Positions 1 through 7,435 of a DNA stretch of 14,056 nucleotides are shown here, piece after piece (positions within the stretch are counted from its first letter, which is position 1; the number at the start of each line of letters is the position of its first letter). The notes beneath the pieces were generated by a model. It searched no databases, was not told the DNA's origin, and saw only the letters and a list, made by a program, of their open reading frames with translations. Made by a program: the position numbers and the translations under genes. The DNA comes from Candidatus Zixiibacteriota bacterium (GTDB lineage Bacteria; RBG-13-66-14; B26-G2; WVWN01), in NCBI GenBank assembly GCA_050117845.1, contig JASFLY010000043.1, positions 1-14,056 on the forward strand. The letters are read 5' to 3'.

Positions 1-4
1 GCTA

Positions 5-13
5 TGTTATATT
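5..13 (+). promoter_or_regulatory. Possible extended -10 promoter element (TGn-TATATT) for the 82..693 gene
   Basis: TGTTATATT at 5-13 in an AT-rich stretch about 70 nt upstream of the ATG. SD-like GGGAGG at about 65-70. The -35 would lie outside the window. Confidence 0.3.
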
Positions 14-81
14 TCGCATAAAGGCAGGTTCACCGGCTACCGGCTCGTAAACTTCCCCCAACGCGGGAGGGATAACGAGAT

Positions 82-693
82 ATGAGATCTACACTGCGAT
101 ACGTTGTAGTTACGGCCTTACTGCTCGGGGCCGCCGCGGCCTGGGGCATCGGCGAACTTAATATTACCAACCCGGCCGACGGCGCCGCCGTCAAGCCCGG
201 CCAGGTGGTCCGCATCACCTGGCGCAACATGACGACCAACCCCGTCGAGGTATGGTTGAAGTGGGAGGATCGTCGCAAGAGCCTGGGCGAGAAGAGCAAC
301 GAGACCGACGGTATGATGATGTGGCGCGTCCCCGAGGACGCGGCCGGGGCATACACCATCCTCGTGGAGGAGGCCGGCGGCCTCGGCTCCAGTTCCACCG
401 TCGAACTCACTGTCGGCGGGACGGCGCCCGCGCTGCCCGAGGTATACGCCACCCCCAACCCCTTCGACGTCTCTTCCGGCCGGCCCATCCTGACCTTCGC
501 CGGCGCGCCCATCGGCTCGTCCGGGAAGATCTTCGACATGGAAGGCCGGGAAGTGGTTTCGCTCTCGGGCGACCCGCTGCAGTGGGACGGCCGCAACGAC
601 CGGGGTGACATGGTCGCCGGCGGCACCTATATGTTCGTCGTCGAGACCGAGGGCGGCGAGCGGCATACCGGCAAGATCGCCGTTATAAAGTGA
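82..693 (+). CDS. Secreted protein with an N-terminal Ig-like domain and a C-terminal FlgD-Ig / T9SS type-A sorting-like domain
   Basis: Signal peptide MRSTLRYVVVTALLLGAAAAWG. 'ITNPADG..VKPGQVVRITW' resembles an Ig-like start. C-terminal motifs YATPNPF, IFDMEGREV, WDGRNDRGDMVAGGTY and terminal KIAVIK are typical of FlgD-Ig/CTD domains. GGGAGG RBS. Confidence 0.75.
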   Translation: MRSTLRYVVVTALLLGAAAAWGIGELNITNPADGAAVKPGQVVRITWRNMTTNPVEVWLKWEDRRKSLGEKSNETDGMMMWRVPEDAAGAYTILVEEAGGLGSSSTVELTVGGTAPALPEVYATPNPFDVSSGRPILTFAGAPIGSSGKIFDMEGREVVSLSGDPLQWDGRNDRGDMVAGGTYMFVVETEGGERHTGKIAVIK

Positions 694-1775
694 GAGGCCG
701 GGTTATTTCGCGCTGGGCCGTCCTGACGCTGGCGGCGATGCCGGCGGCCTGCCTGGCTGCCGGCGTACGGTCCGCCGCCGTCGAGGCCTACGAGGTATAC
801 TCCGAACTCACGGTTAACCTCAGTAAACCGGCGGAGTTCACGTGCGAGGCCGGCGCGGAGCCCCATACCCTCGTACTGACCGTGGCGGCCGAAGCTCCGG
901 CGGATTTCAAGACGGCCGGCGCGGGCCGAATCCTTAACGTAAACGTCGCCCGGGCCAAAGGGGCGACGACTTTCATACTCGAGACCTCCACCGACGCCGG
1001 GACCTATCGGGCCTACGCCCGCAAGGACCCGCCTTCGATTATTGTAGGCGTGTACCGCCGCCTCGATACGAGGCCGGCGCCCCGTCCCGAGGCCGCCTTT
1101 AAAAAACTCCTGGCCGGCCGCAAGCTTCTCCTCGTGGACGACGACGACGGCCCGGGCAACGGCAACAAGTACAGCGTCGACGTGGACGAGAAGTACCGGG
1201 CGCCGCTCGAGCGTCTGGGCGTCCCGTACGACGTGCACGTCGTGCGGGCCGGGGCCTCGGGGCCCACGGCGGACCGGCTCGCGAAGTACCCGTTCGTCAT
1301 CTGGTTCAACGGCCTGGACGCCCGGCCGGTCGTCATCTCCGGCGGGGACGAGAGCGCGATGGCGGCCTACGTGGCCGGCGGCGGCCGGCTGTGGCTCGTC
1401 TCGCAAAACTACCTCTCGGACTCGTCCCGGGGCAAGACTTCCTTCTGCCGCGACGTCCTGGGCATATCGTCTTATAAGGCCGACACGCAGGTGGCCGCGG
1501 TGGCCGTCGGGCCGGCGGGAGCCTCCCTGCCCCTCGAGACTTACAGCCTGTCCAACGACCTTACGATAATCGGCAACTGGGGCGACGGCTTCAAGGCGCC
1601 GGCGGACGCGGCCGTGTTCTTCAGCGGGCCGGAGGACGGCCTGTGCTACGGCATGGTCCGGCCTCGCGGCGAGGGCCGGGTGGCCTTCTTCTCGGTCGCG
1701 CTCGAGAACGTCGGCTACGAGGGCCGCATCGCCGACATCATGGAAGCGACGTTGAACGCGCTGGCCGCCGAGTAA
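690..1775 (+). CDS. Exported hypothetical protein with a possible AMIN-like N-terminal domain and a C-terminal class I glutamine-amidotransferase-like (flavodoxin-fold) domain
   Basis: GTG start overlaps the upstream TGA (GTGA). Hydrophobic signal peptide. The N-terminal region ends in 'DPPSIIVGV' (AMIN-like 'P.R.v.D'). The C-terminal 'LLLVDDD..YRAPLERLGVPYDV..LAKYPFVIWFNG..AYVAGGGRLWLVSQN' pattern is GATase1-like. Confidence 0.6.
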   Translation: MRGRVISRWAVLTLAAMPAACLAAGVRSAAVEAYEVYSELTVNLSKPAEFTCEAGAEPHTLVLTVAAEAPADFKTAGAGRILNVNVARAKGATTFILETSTDAGTYRAYARKDPPSIIVGVYRRLDTRPAPRPEAAFKKLLAGRKLLLVDDDDGPGNGNKYSVDVDEKYRAPLERLGVPYDVHVVRAGASGPTADRLAKYPFVIWFNGLDARPVVISGGDESAMAAYVAGGGRLWLVSQNYLSDSSRGKTSFCRDVLGISSYKADTQVAAVAVGPAGASLPLETYSLSNDLTIIGNWGDGFKAPADAAVFFSGPEDGLCYGMVRPRGEGRVAFFSVALENVGYEGRIADIMEATLNALAAE

Positions 1776-1823
1776 ACTCCCCGGCATCCTCTTTTAGCGC
1801 GCACGTAAAGATTATACCGAGCG

Positions 1824-2315
1824 ATGAAAATACTGGGAATTGACCCGGGCCTTACGGGCTCCGGCTTCGGTTGCGTGGAGAACCGGGGCAAGGCCTACTA
1901 TAAATTGTACGCGGACACCGCGGCGCCGCCGACGGAACTGCCGATGCCGGCGCGCCTGGCCGCCATCCGCAGCTACACGCTGGAAGTGCTCCAGTCGCTT
2001 CGGCCGGACGCGGTGGCGGTGGAGGCGCTGTTCTCCCACGCGGAGTTCCCCAAGACCGCGCTTCTGATGGCGCAGGCCCGGGGCGTAATCCTGGAGGCGT
2101 GCGCGGCGGCCGGGGCCACGGTGGCGGAGTTCGCGCCGCGGCGTATCAAACAGGCCGTCGTGGGCGCCGGCGGCGCGTCCAAGGACCAGGTGGCCCGGAT
2201 GGTCGTGCGGCACCTGAACCTCACCGAAGACCTCGCGACCCAGCACGAGGCCGACGCCCTGGCCGTGGCGCTCTGCGGGCACTTCATGGGCGTCAAGGCC
2301 GGGCAAACGCGATGA
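1824..2315 (+). CDS. ruvC: Crossover junction endodeoxyribonuclease RuvC
   Basis: MKILGIDPG, AVE.LF, AQARGVI, IKQAVVG.GGASKDQV and EADALAVA motifs. First gene of the ruvCAB cluster. Confidence 0.97.
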   Translation: MKILGIDPGLTGSGFGCVENRGKAYYKLYADTAAPPTELPMPARLAAIRSYTLEVLQSLRPDAVAVEALFSHAEFPKTALLMAQARGVILEACAAAGATVAEFAPRRIKQAVVGAGGASKDQVARMVVRHLNLTEDLATQHEADALAVALCGHFMGVKAGQTR

Positions 2316-2938
2316 TATCGCACCTCCGAGGCACGGTAGTAAAGAGGCGGCGGGACGGCATGGTCGTCGAGGCCGGCGGCGTCGGCTACGACGTGCTGCT
2401 GCCGGGGGCCGTCGCGGTGCAGTTCGAGGACGTGAGGCCGGGCGACGAGGTCACCTTCGTCATCTCCTACCATCAGGTGGTGACGCCCTCGCGCATCACG
2501 CCGCTACTCGTGGGTTTCGCCAACGACGTCGAGCGCGAGTTCTTCGAGCACTTCATCTCGGTTTCGGGCATCGGCCCCAAGGCCGCGTGCCGCGCGCTCA
2601 CGCTCCCGTTCGCCCGCGTGGCCCAGGCCATCATCGAGGAGGACGTGGCCGCGCTCACGCTCATGCCGGGCGTGGGGCGCAAGCGCGCCGAGGAGATAAT
2701 CCACCAGTTGAAGGATAAAGTAGCGGCGGCGGCGCTTTGCCGGGGGCCGGGCGTGGAGGCGGGGCCGCCGGGAGTCGCCGAGGTCCTGCGCGAGGCCGAA
2801 GTCGTGCTCGAGCAGCTCGGCTACGGCCGGAATGAAATCAAGGAAATGCTCGACGCCCTGGGCGACGGCACCCGCGACTGCGAGACCGCCGAGGACGTCC
2901 TGGCCCGCATCTACGCCCGCCAGCGCGGTAAGGCATGA
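2312..2938 (+). CDS. ruvA: Holliday junction branch migration protein RuvA
   Basis: True start is MISHLRG at 2312 (ATGA overlap with ruvC), not the track start at 2099. GGVGY motif, HhH motifs VSGIGPKAA and MPGVGRKRA, and C-terminal 'LEQLGY' domain III. Confidence 0.95.
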   Translation: MISHLRGTVVKRRRDGMVVEAGGVGYDVLLPGAVAVQFEDVRPGDEVTFVISYHQVVTPSRITPLLVGFANDVEREFFEHFISVSGIGPKAACRALTLPFARVAQAIIEEDVAALTLMPGVGRKRAEEIIHQLKDKVAAAALCRGPGVEAGPPGVAEVLREAEVVLEQLGYGRNEIKEMLDALGDGTRDCETAEDVLARIYARQRGKA

Positions 2939-3999
2939 CGGATATTTCCCGCAACGAACTCATCTCCCGGGAAGAGGAACCCGAAGACGCGACCTTCACG
3001 GCGCCACTCCGGCCGCGGCGGTTCGACGAGTTCGTGGGCCAGACGGGCGTCGTCGAGAATTTGAAAATCGCCGTCAAGGCCGCCCGGGGCCGCGGCGAAC
3101 CGCTGGACCACCTCCTCCTCTACGGCCCGCCGGGCCTCGGCAAGACCACCCTCGCCCACGTCGTCGCGAACGAGCTGGAGGTCGACATCACCGCCACGTC
3201 GGGCCCCGCGCTCGAGCGGCCCGGCGACCTTATGGGCCTTCTGACCAACCTGGCCGAGGGTGACATCCTCTTCGTCGACGAGATCCACCGCCTCTCCCGC
3301 GTCGTCGAGGAGTTCCTGTACCCGGCGCTGGAGGAGTTCAAGATAGACTTCATCCTCGACAAGGGCCCCGACGCCCGCACCGTGAAGTTCAACCTCAAAC
3401 ACTTCACGCTGGTGGGGGCGACGACGCGCGTGGGCCTCCTCACCACGCCGCTCCGCGACCGCTTCGGCCTCTTCCACCACCTCGAGTTCTACGAGCTGCC
3501 CGACCTGGAGTGCATCCTGTTGCGCTCCGCCGGGATACTGAACGTCCCGCTCACGGCCGAGGGCGCGGCGGCGATAGCCCGCCGGGCCCGGGGCACGCCC
3601 CGCGTCGCTAACCGCCTGCTCAGGCGCGTACGCGACTTCGCCGAGGTGAAGAAGCGGCCGGAGGTTGACGGCGCCGTGGCGGCGGAGGCGCTGGAGAAAC
3701 TCGGCATCGACGCCGAGGGGTTGGACGCGCTCGACCGCAACGTCCTGGGCGTGATAATCAAGACGTACGACGGCGGCCCCGTGGGCCTCAAAGCGCTGGC
3801 CGCGACCCTCAACGAGGAGGAGGACACGCTGGCCGACGTCGTCGAGCCGTTCCTGCTCAAGACCGGCTTCCTGGGCCGGACGCAGCGGGGCCGCGTGGCC
3901 ACGCGCCGGGCGTACGAGCACCTGGGCCTGAAACCGCCGGGCGACGCGCCCGAGGCCGGCCCCCTCTTCGAACCCAACGGCGGATACGACGGGATGTGA
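2935..3999 (+). CDS. ruvB: Holliday junction branch migration AAA+ ATPase RuvB
   Basis: [12 protein letters not shown], Walker [10 protein letters not shown], Walker [27 protein letters not shown] and GGPVG motifs. ATGA overlap with ruvA. Confidence 0.98.
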   Translation: MTDISRNELISREEEPEDATFTAPLRPRRFDEFVGQTGVVENLKIAVKAARGRGEPLDHLLLYGPPGLGKTTLAHVVANELEVDITATSGPALERPGDLMGLLTNLAEGDILFVDEIHRLSRVVEEFLYPALEEFKIDFILDKGPDARTVKFNLKHFTLVGATTRVGLLTTPLRDRFGLFHHLEFYELPDLECILLRSAGILNVPLTAEGAAAIARRARGTPRVANRLLRRVRDFAEVKKRPEVDGAVAAEALEKLGIDAEGLDALDRNVLGVIIKTYDGGPVGLKALAATLNEEEDTLADVVEPFLLKTGFLGRTQRGRVATRRAYEHLGLKPPGDAPEAGPLFEPNGGYDGM

Positions 4000-4583
4000 C
4001 GAATATGGATACGTGGAACGTTTCGCCGGCGGAAGGCCGCGCCGAAATGCTGGAACTGATACGAGAGGTCGCCTACGCCGAGGGCGACTTTACGCTGGCA
4101 TCGGGCAAGAAGAGCAAATACTACATCGACGGCCGCCGGGCCACGATCCACCCCCGCGGCGCGGTCCTGACGGGCGTTCTCTTCTTCGACGCGATACGGG
4201 ACCTGCTCGGCGGCGAAGGGCCGCTTGGCATAACGGGCTTGACGATGGGGGCCGACCCCATCATCACGGCCACGGCGCTCGTCGCGGCGGCACAAGGCCG
4301 GGAGCTCTACCCGTTCTATTGCCGCAAGGAGCCCAAGGGCCACGGCGCCGGCCGCCAGCTCGAGGGGTTCTTCGACCCCGTGAAGCGCTGCGTGCTGGTG
4401 GAGGACACGGCGACGACGGGCGGCTCGACGCTCAAGGCCGCGGCGGCGGCCCGCGCGGCGGGCATCGAACCGGTGGCGTGCGTGCTGCTGGTCGACCGGG
4501 AGGAGGGCGCCCGCGAGGCCATCGAGGAGGCGGGCCTCCCGTTCCGGGCGGTGTTCAGCGTGGCCGAATTGAGGTCGAAATAA
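3996..4583 (+). CDS. pyrE: Orotate phosphoribosyltransferase
   Basis: [22 protein letters not shown] flexible loop, PRPP-binding [12 protein letters not shown], and VDREEG. GTGA overlap with ruvB (alternative ATG at 4005). Confidence 0.93.
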   Translation: MTNMDTWNVSPAEGRAEMLELIREVAYAEGDFTLASGKKSKYYIDGRRATIHPRGAVLTGVLFFDAIRDLLGGEGPLGITGLTMGADPIITATALVAAAQGRELYPFYCRKEPKGHGAGRQLEGFFDPVKRCVLVEDTATTGGSTLKAAAAARAAGIEPVACVLLVDREEGAREAIEEAGLPFRAVFSVAELRSK

Positions 4584-4586
4584 ACT

Positions 4587-5750
4587 ATGGATGCGACCGT
4601 TTTTCAAGAAGACGCGCCGGGGCAGTTGGTAAAAATCGCTACTAATTACGGCGAGGATTGGGCTTTTATACCGAATCCTCTTCCTCCGAATATCGTTATG
4701 GATCAGGACTTATCTAATAGGGTTGCCGAGACGCAGTACGCTTTAGGCGAATTAGCGGGGTTAGGTAGCGGTATTGCCAACCCGAATCTTTTTATTCGTC
4801 CCTTCATTCGACGGGAAGCGGTTCTCGGTTCGATTATCGAGGGTACCGTGGTAGATATATCCGACCTGTACGCGTATGAAGCCGGCCAGTTAGCGCTGCC
4901 AGGTATGGAAAGACGACCCCCGGAAGCTGCAGTACGCGAAGTCTACAACTACGTAAGGACGATTGAGTATGCATTGGAAGAGACGAGAATACCTTTAAGT
5001 TTACGGTTATTACGAGAATTGCATAAGCGGCTAATGACAGGAGCACGGGGCGGGGCCGCGGCGCGCGGGGATTTCCGAGATTTACCCGCCGGCGTAAGGG
5101 GCCGGACGCTTAGGGATGCGGTTTATATCGGGCCTCCGGTTCCCGCAATGAATGAGTGCCTCGGAGATTTAGAGAAATTCCTCCACGCCGAAACGGATTT
5201 GTTGCCGCTTATACGTATTGCTTTAGTCCATTACCAGTTTGAAGCTATACATCCATTCAGAGATGGAAATGGCCGTATCGGCCGACTCCTTATGCATTCA
5301 TTGTTCGTATTTTGGAAATTACTACCGGTGCCACTGCTTTACGTAAGCCGGTATTTCGAGCGTAATCGGGACACTTATTGCGGTTTATTATTTGAGATTA
5401 GCGCGAGTGGTGCTTGGAGGGATTGGATAAATTTCTTCTTGGATGCAGTATGTATTGAGGCTTTGGACACGGCTGATAGGATAAAGGCTTTAAATGTTTT
5501 ACAAAGCGAATGGCACGAGCGTTTAAAAGGCGTCGGGCGTTCCGATTTGCCGTCTCGGTTGACCAAGGCCCTATTTGAAGCGCCTTACGTCACAATACCG
5601 CTAGCGGCGAAAATATTAGATGTTACTTACACCGGTGCTAAACGCGCGGTCGATAGACTCGTAGATACCGGCATACTTGTTCAATTAACGCCGTCATCTT
5701 ATAATAGAGTTTTCGTAGCGCACGAGGTTTTTGATATTATTACCGTCTGA
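4587..5750 (+). CDS. fic: Fic family adenylyltransferase (class II-like: Fic_N + Fido + C-terminal winged HTH)
   Basis: Canonical HPFRDGNGRIGR at 5250-5285. N-terminal inhibitory-helix motif EAVLGSIIEGT (4815-4847) and FIPNPLPP. C-terminal 'PYVTIPLAAKILDVTYTGAKRAVDRLVDTGIL' wHTH. GC is visibly lower (28/60 in line 5401 vs 42/60 in line 3601). Confidence 0.93.
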   Translation: MDATVFQEDAPGQLVKIATNYGEDWAFIPNPLPPNIVMDQDLSNRVAETQYALGELAGLGSGIANPNLFIRPFIRREAVLGSIIEGTVVDISDLYAYEAGQLALPGMERRPPEAAVREVYNYVRTIEYALEETRIPLSLRLLRELHKRLMTGARGGAAARGDFRDLPAGVRGRTLRDAVYIGPPVPAMNECLGDLEKFLHAETDLLPLIRIALVHYQFEAIHPFRDGNGRIGRLLMHSLFVFWKLLPVPLLYVSRYFERNRDTYCGLLFEISASGAWRDWINFFLDAVCIEALDTADRIKALNVLQSEWHERLKGVGRSDLPSRLTKALFEAPYVTIPLAAKILDVTYTGAKRAVDRLVDTGILVQLTPSSYNRVFVAHEVFDIITV

Positions 5751-5761
5751 TGCAAGAAAGC

Positions 5762-5825
5762 GTTATAAATATCCTTTTCCCGGGTTTTGTATAATTTGGC
5801 GGCTTAGAGTTATACATTTGTATAA
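5762..5825. promoter_or_regulatory. Operator-like array of TTATACA/TGTATAA half-sites, including the inverted repeat TTATACA-TT-TGTATAA
   Basis: TTATAAA 5763-5769, TGTATAA 5788-5794, TTATACA 5810-5816 and TGTATAA 5819-5825. TTTGTATAA is directly repeated 31 bp apart. A perfect TATAAT at 5790-5795 overlaps one site. Confidence 0.45.
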
Positions 5826-5988
5826 ATCCGCAATTTCTAGGCGGCGCGCCGGAATTCCGGGCCGGTTTCGCTCCTAAGGAATCGTATTGCCGTAACGCCA
5901 ACGGCGGCGGAAAATGGATGTTTTTGACGATTTAAGGACGCTGCATCGCGTTCGGTAATAGTTATAAATATTATAGAATTGTAAGAAC

Positions 5989-6588
5989 ATGGCGGCGAAG
6001 CGCAAACCGAAGAAACTCAAACCCCTCGATAAGATCCTGTGCCTCGAGGGCGAGTGGTCGGGCGACATCCGGCGGGAGGAGTCGGTCCGGCCTCTCCTCC
6101 ACATCTTGCGCCAGCGCGGCGAGATTCAGTACATCTACCGGCAGTGCGGCACCAAGGCCGAGTTCGAGTTCTACCTCCGGAAGCGGAAGTACTACCGCGA
6201 CTACCGCATCGTCTACCTCTCGTTCCACGGCGCCCGGGGCAAACTCCGCATATCGCCGGAGGAGGACGTGACCCTCAGCGAGATCGCGGAGTGGGCCCAG
6301 GGCGCGTTCAAGAACAAACTCGTCTACTTCGGGAGTTGCAAGACGCTCAAGGCGGTGGACGCCAAGCTGCAGGACTTCCTCCAGAAGACCGGCGCCGCGG
6401 CGGTCGCCGGGTACGACAAGGACGTCGGCTGGGTGGAGTCGAGCGCGTTCGAACTGCTGTTCCTGTACTGGGCGGCGTACTACAAGAAGCCGGCCTATCT
6501 ATTGCGCAAACTCGCCTCACGTTACCCTCGACTCGGGAAGCTCATGGGTTTCAAGTATCACACCAGGCGAAGTATAAAGGGGAAGTAA
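5989..6588 (+). CDS. DUF6642-like protein, predicted caspase/CHAT-fold cysteine peptidase
   Basis: 'ILCLEGEW' N-terminus. 'IVYLSFHG' (His80) and 'LVYFGSC' (Cys117) have caspase-hemoglobinase dyad spacing, followed by 'AVAGY'. Strong GC3 coding bias. Confidence 0.7.
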   Translation: MAAKRKPKKLKPLDKILCLEGEWSGDIRREESVRPLLHILRQRGEIQYIYRQCGTKAEFEFYLRKRKYYRDYRIVYLSFHGARGKLRISPEEDVTLSEIAEWAQGAFKNKLVYFGSCKTLKAVDAKLQDFLQKTGAAAVAGYDKDVGWVESSAFELLFLYWAAYYKKPAYLLRKLASRYPRLGKLMGFKYHTRRSIKGK

Positions 6589-6593
6589 CGCGG

Positions 6594-6616
6594 GCGCCCG
6601 GGCGGGCGCTTTTTTT
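6594..6616 (+). terminator. Rho-independent terminator of the DUF6642-like gene
   Basis: GCGCCC-GGGC-GGGCGC stem-loop followed by T7, starting 6 nt after the stop codon. Confidence 0.75.
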
Positions 6617-7340
6617 ATTTAAGGATGTATAAGGCCTCGGCGTCGCCGGAGCGGTAGGGCGTGCCGGCGAAGTCGGCGAAGATGCTTTCGACGGTAAGGC
6701 CGACGCCGGCGGCGAGGCCCCGGATCTCGTCGGGGCGGTAGCTCCGGCCTTCCGCGCGCTCGAGATAACGGTCGACGAGCTGGGAACCGTTGCGGACGTC
6801 GAACCAGAGTTCCACGGCGTAGACGTTGCGGCGGGTGGTGGGTTTGTACTTGACGCGGCGCGTGACGTTCCGGCCTCCCGGCAGGGGGGCCGTTTCCTCG
6901 ATGGCCTCGGCCGGGGGGTGCCAGCCGGCGGCGGTGCCGTTCAGCGCGACGCGGCCGCCGCCGTCGAGGTGAATCTTGAAGTTGCGGAGGGCCGCGGCGA
7001 CGTCGCCGTCCTCCAGGAAGTGGTCGAGGACGTTGAGGCAGAAGACGACGGGGAAGCGGCGCCGGAAGGCGAAGCGCCGGGCGTCGGCCCGAACCAGGCG
7101 GACGCGGCCTTCGAGCTTGCGGGCGGCCACCTTCTCCCGGGCGACGCGGAGCATGGCGGGGGAGGGGTCGAACGCGACGACGTCGACGCCCCCCTCGGCG
7201 AGTAGCAACGCCTCCCGGCCCGTCCCCGCCCCCGCGACGAGGGCGGGGCCGCCGCTTCCGGCCGCGAGGTCGGCCATGAACGCGGCGTCGTCCTTGGCGC
7301 CGAAGAGGTCGTAGTAGGGGGCGGCCTTTTCGTAACTCAT
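6615..7340 (-). CDS. Class I SAM-dependent methyltransferase
   Basis: N-terminal 'YEKAAPYYD', motif I 'ALVAGAGTGRE', 'FDPSPAML', 'ADAR.F' and 'HLDGGG'. Confidence 0.88.
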   Translation of the reverse strand: MSYEKAAPYYDLFGAKDDAAFMADLAAGSGGPALVAGAGTGREALLLAEGGVDVVAFDPSPAMLRVAREKVAARKLEGRVRLVRADARRFAFRRRFPVVFCLNVLDHFLEDGDVAAALRNFKIHLDGGGRVALNGTAAGWHPPAEAIEETAPLPGGRNVTRRVKYKPTTRRNVYAVELWFDVRNGSQLVDRYLERAEGRSYRPDEIRGLAAGVGLTVESIFADFAGTPYRSGDAEALYILK

Positions 7341-7346
7341 CTACTT

Positions 7347-7376
7347 ATAATAATATCGGCCGCGCCCGAGCGCCAA
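7347..7376 (-). promoter_or_regulatory. Putative sigma70 promoter giving a leaderless methyltransferase mRNA
   Basis: Minus strand TTGGCG (7376-7371), 18 nt, TATTAT (7352-7347), 6 nt, ATG (7340). No SD is present. Confidence 0.5.
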
Positions 7377-7379
7377 CGT

Positions 7380-7411
7380 AAAAAAGAGAAAGCCGGCCCG
7401 TCAGGCCGGCT
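7380..7411 (-). terminator. Rho-independent terminator of the lipoprotein gene
   Basis: 8-bp stem AGCCGGCC/GGCCGGCT (7391-7411) followed on the minus strand by TTCTCTTTTTT. Confidence 0.75.
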
Positions 7412-7435
7412 ATATTATTCGGAAAAGTTAACGTT

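Noticed and set aside
1..30. dif-like fragments (TATGTTA, TTCGCATAA; also near 8969 and 10013)
   Set aside because: The XerC and XerD arms are not in the correct order or spacing.
1767..1795. Possible terminator between the exported-protein pair and ruvC
   Set aside because: The stem is bulged and weak, and is separated from the short T run.
2244..2255. RuvC has His in place of the E. coli D138 catalytic Asp (HEAD)
   Set aside because: His at this position is a known natural variant of active RuvC enzymes (for example in Thermus).
2099..2311. N-terminal extension of RuvA in the ORF track
   Set aside because: It overlaps ruvC. The canonical start MISHLRG with an ATGA overlap is at 2312.
30..4607. 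Long antisense/alternate-frame ORFs (for example 30..626, 627..1787, 2911..3921, 3489..4607)
   Set aside because: They shadow well-supported genes, have no recognisable motifs, and are expected in high-GC DNA with strong codon bias.
5843..5860. AscI + EcoRI-like cluster GGCGCGCC-GGAATTCCGG resembling a polylinker (12-bp palindrome at 5849-5860)
   Set aside because: No other vector sequence is present, such sites are plausible by chance in GC-rich DNA, and there is no U-tract to support a terminator.
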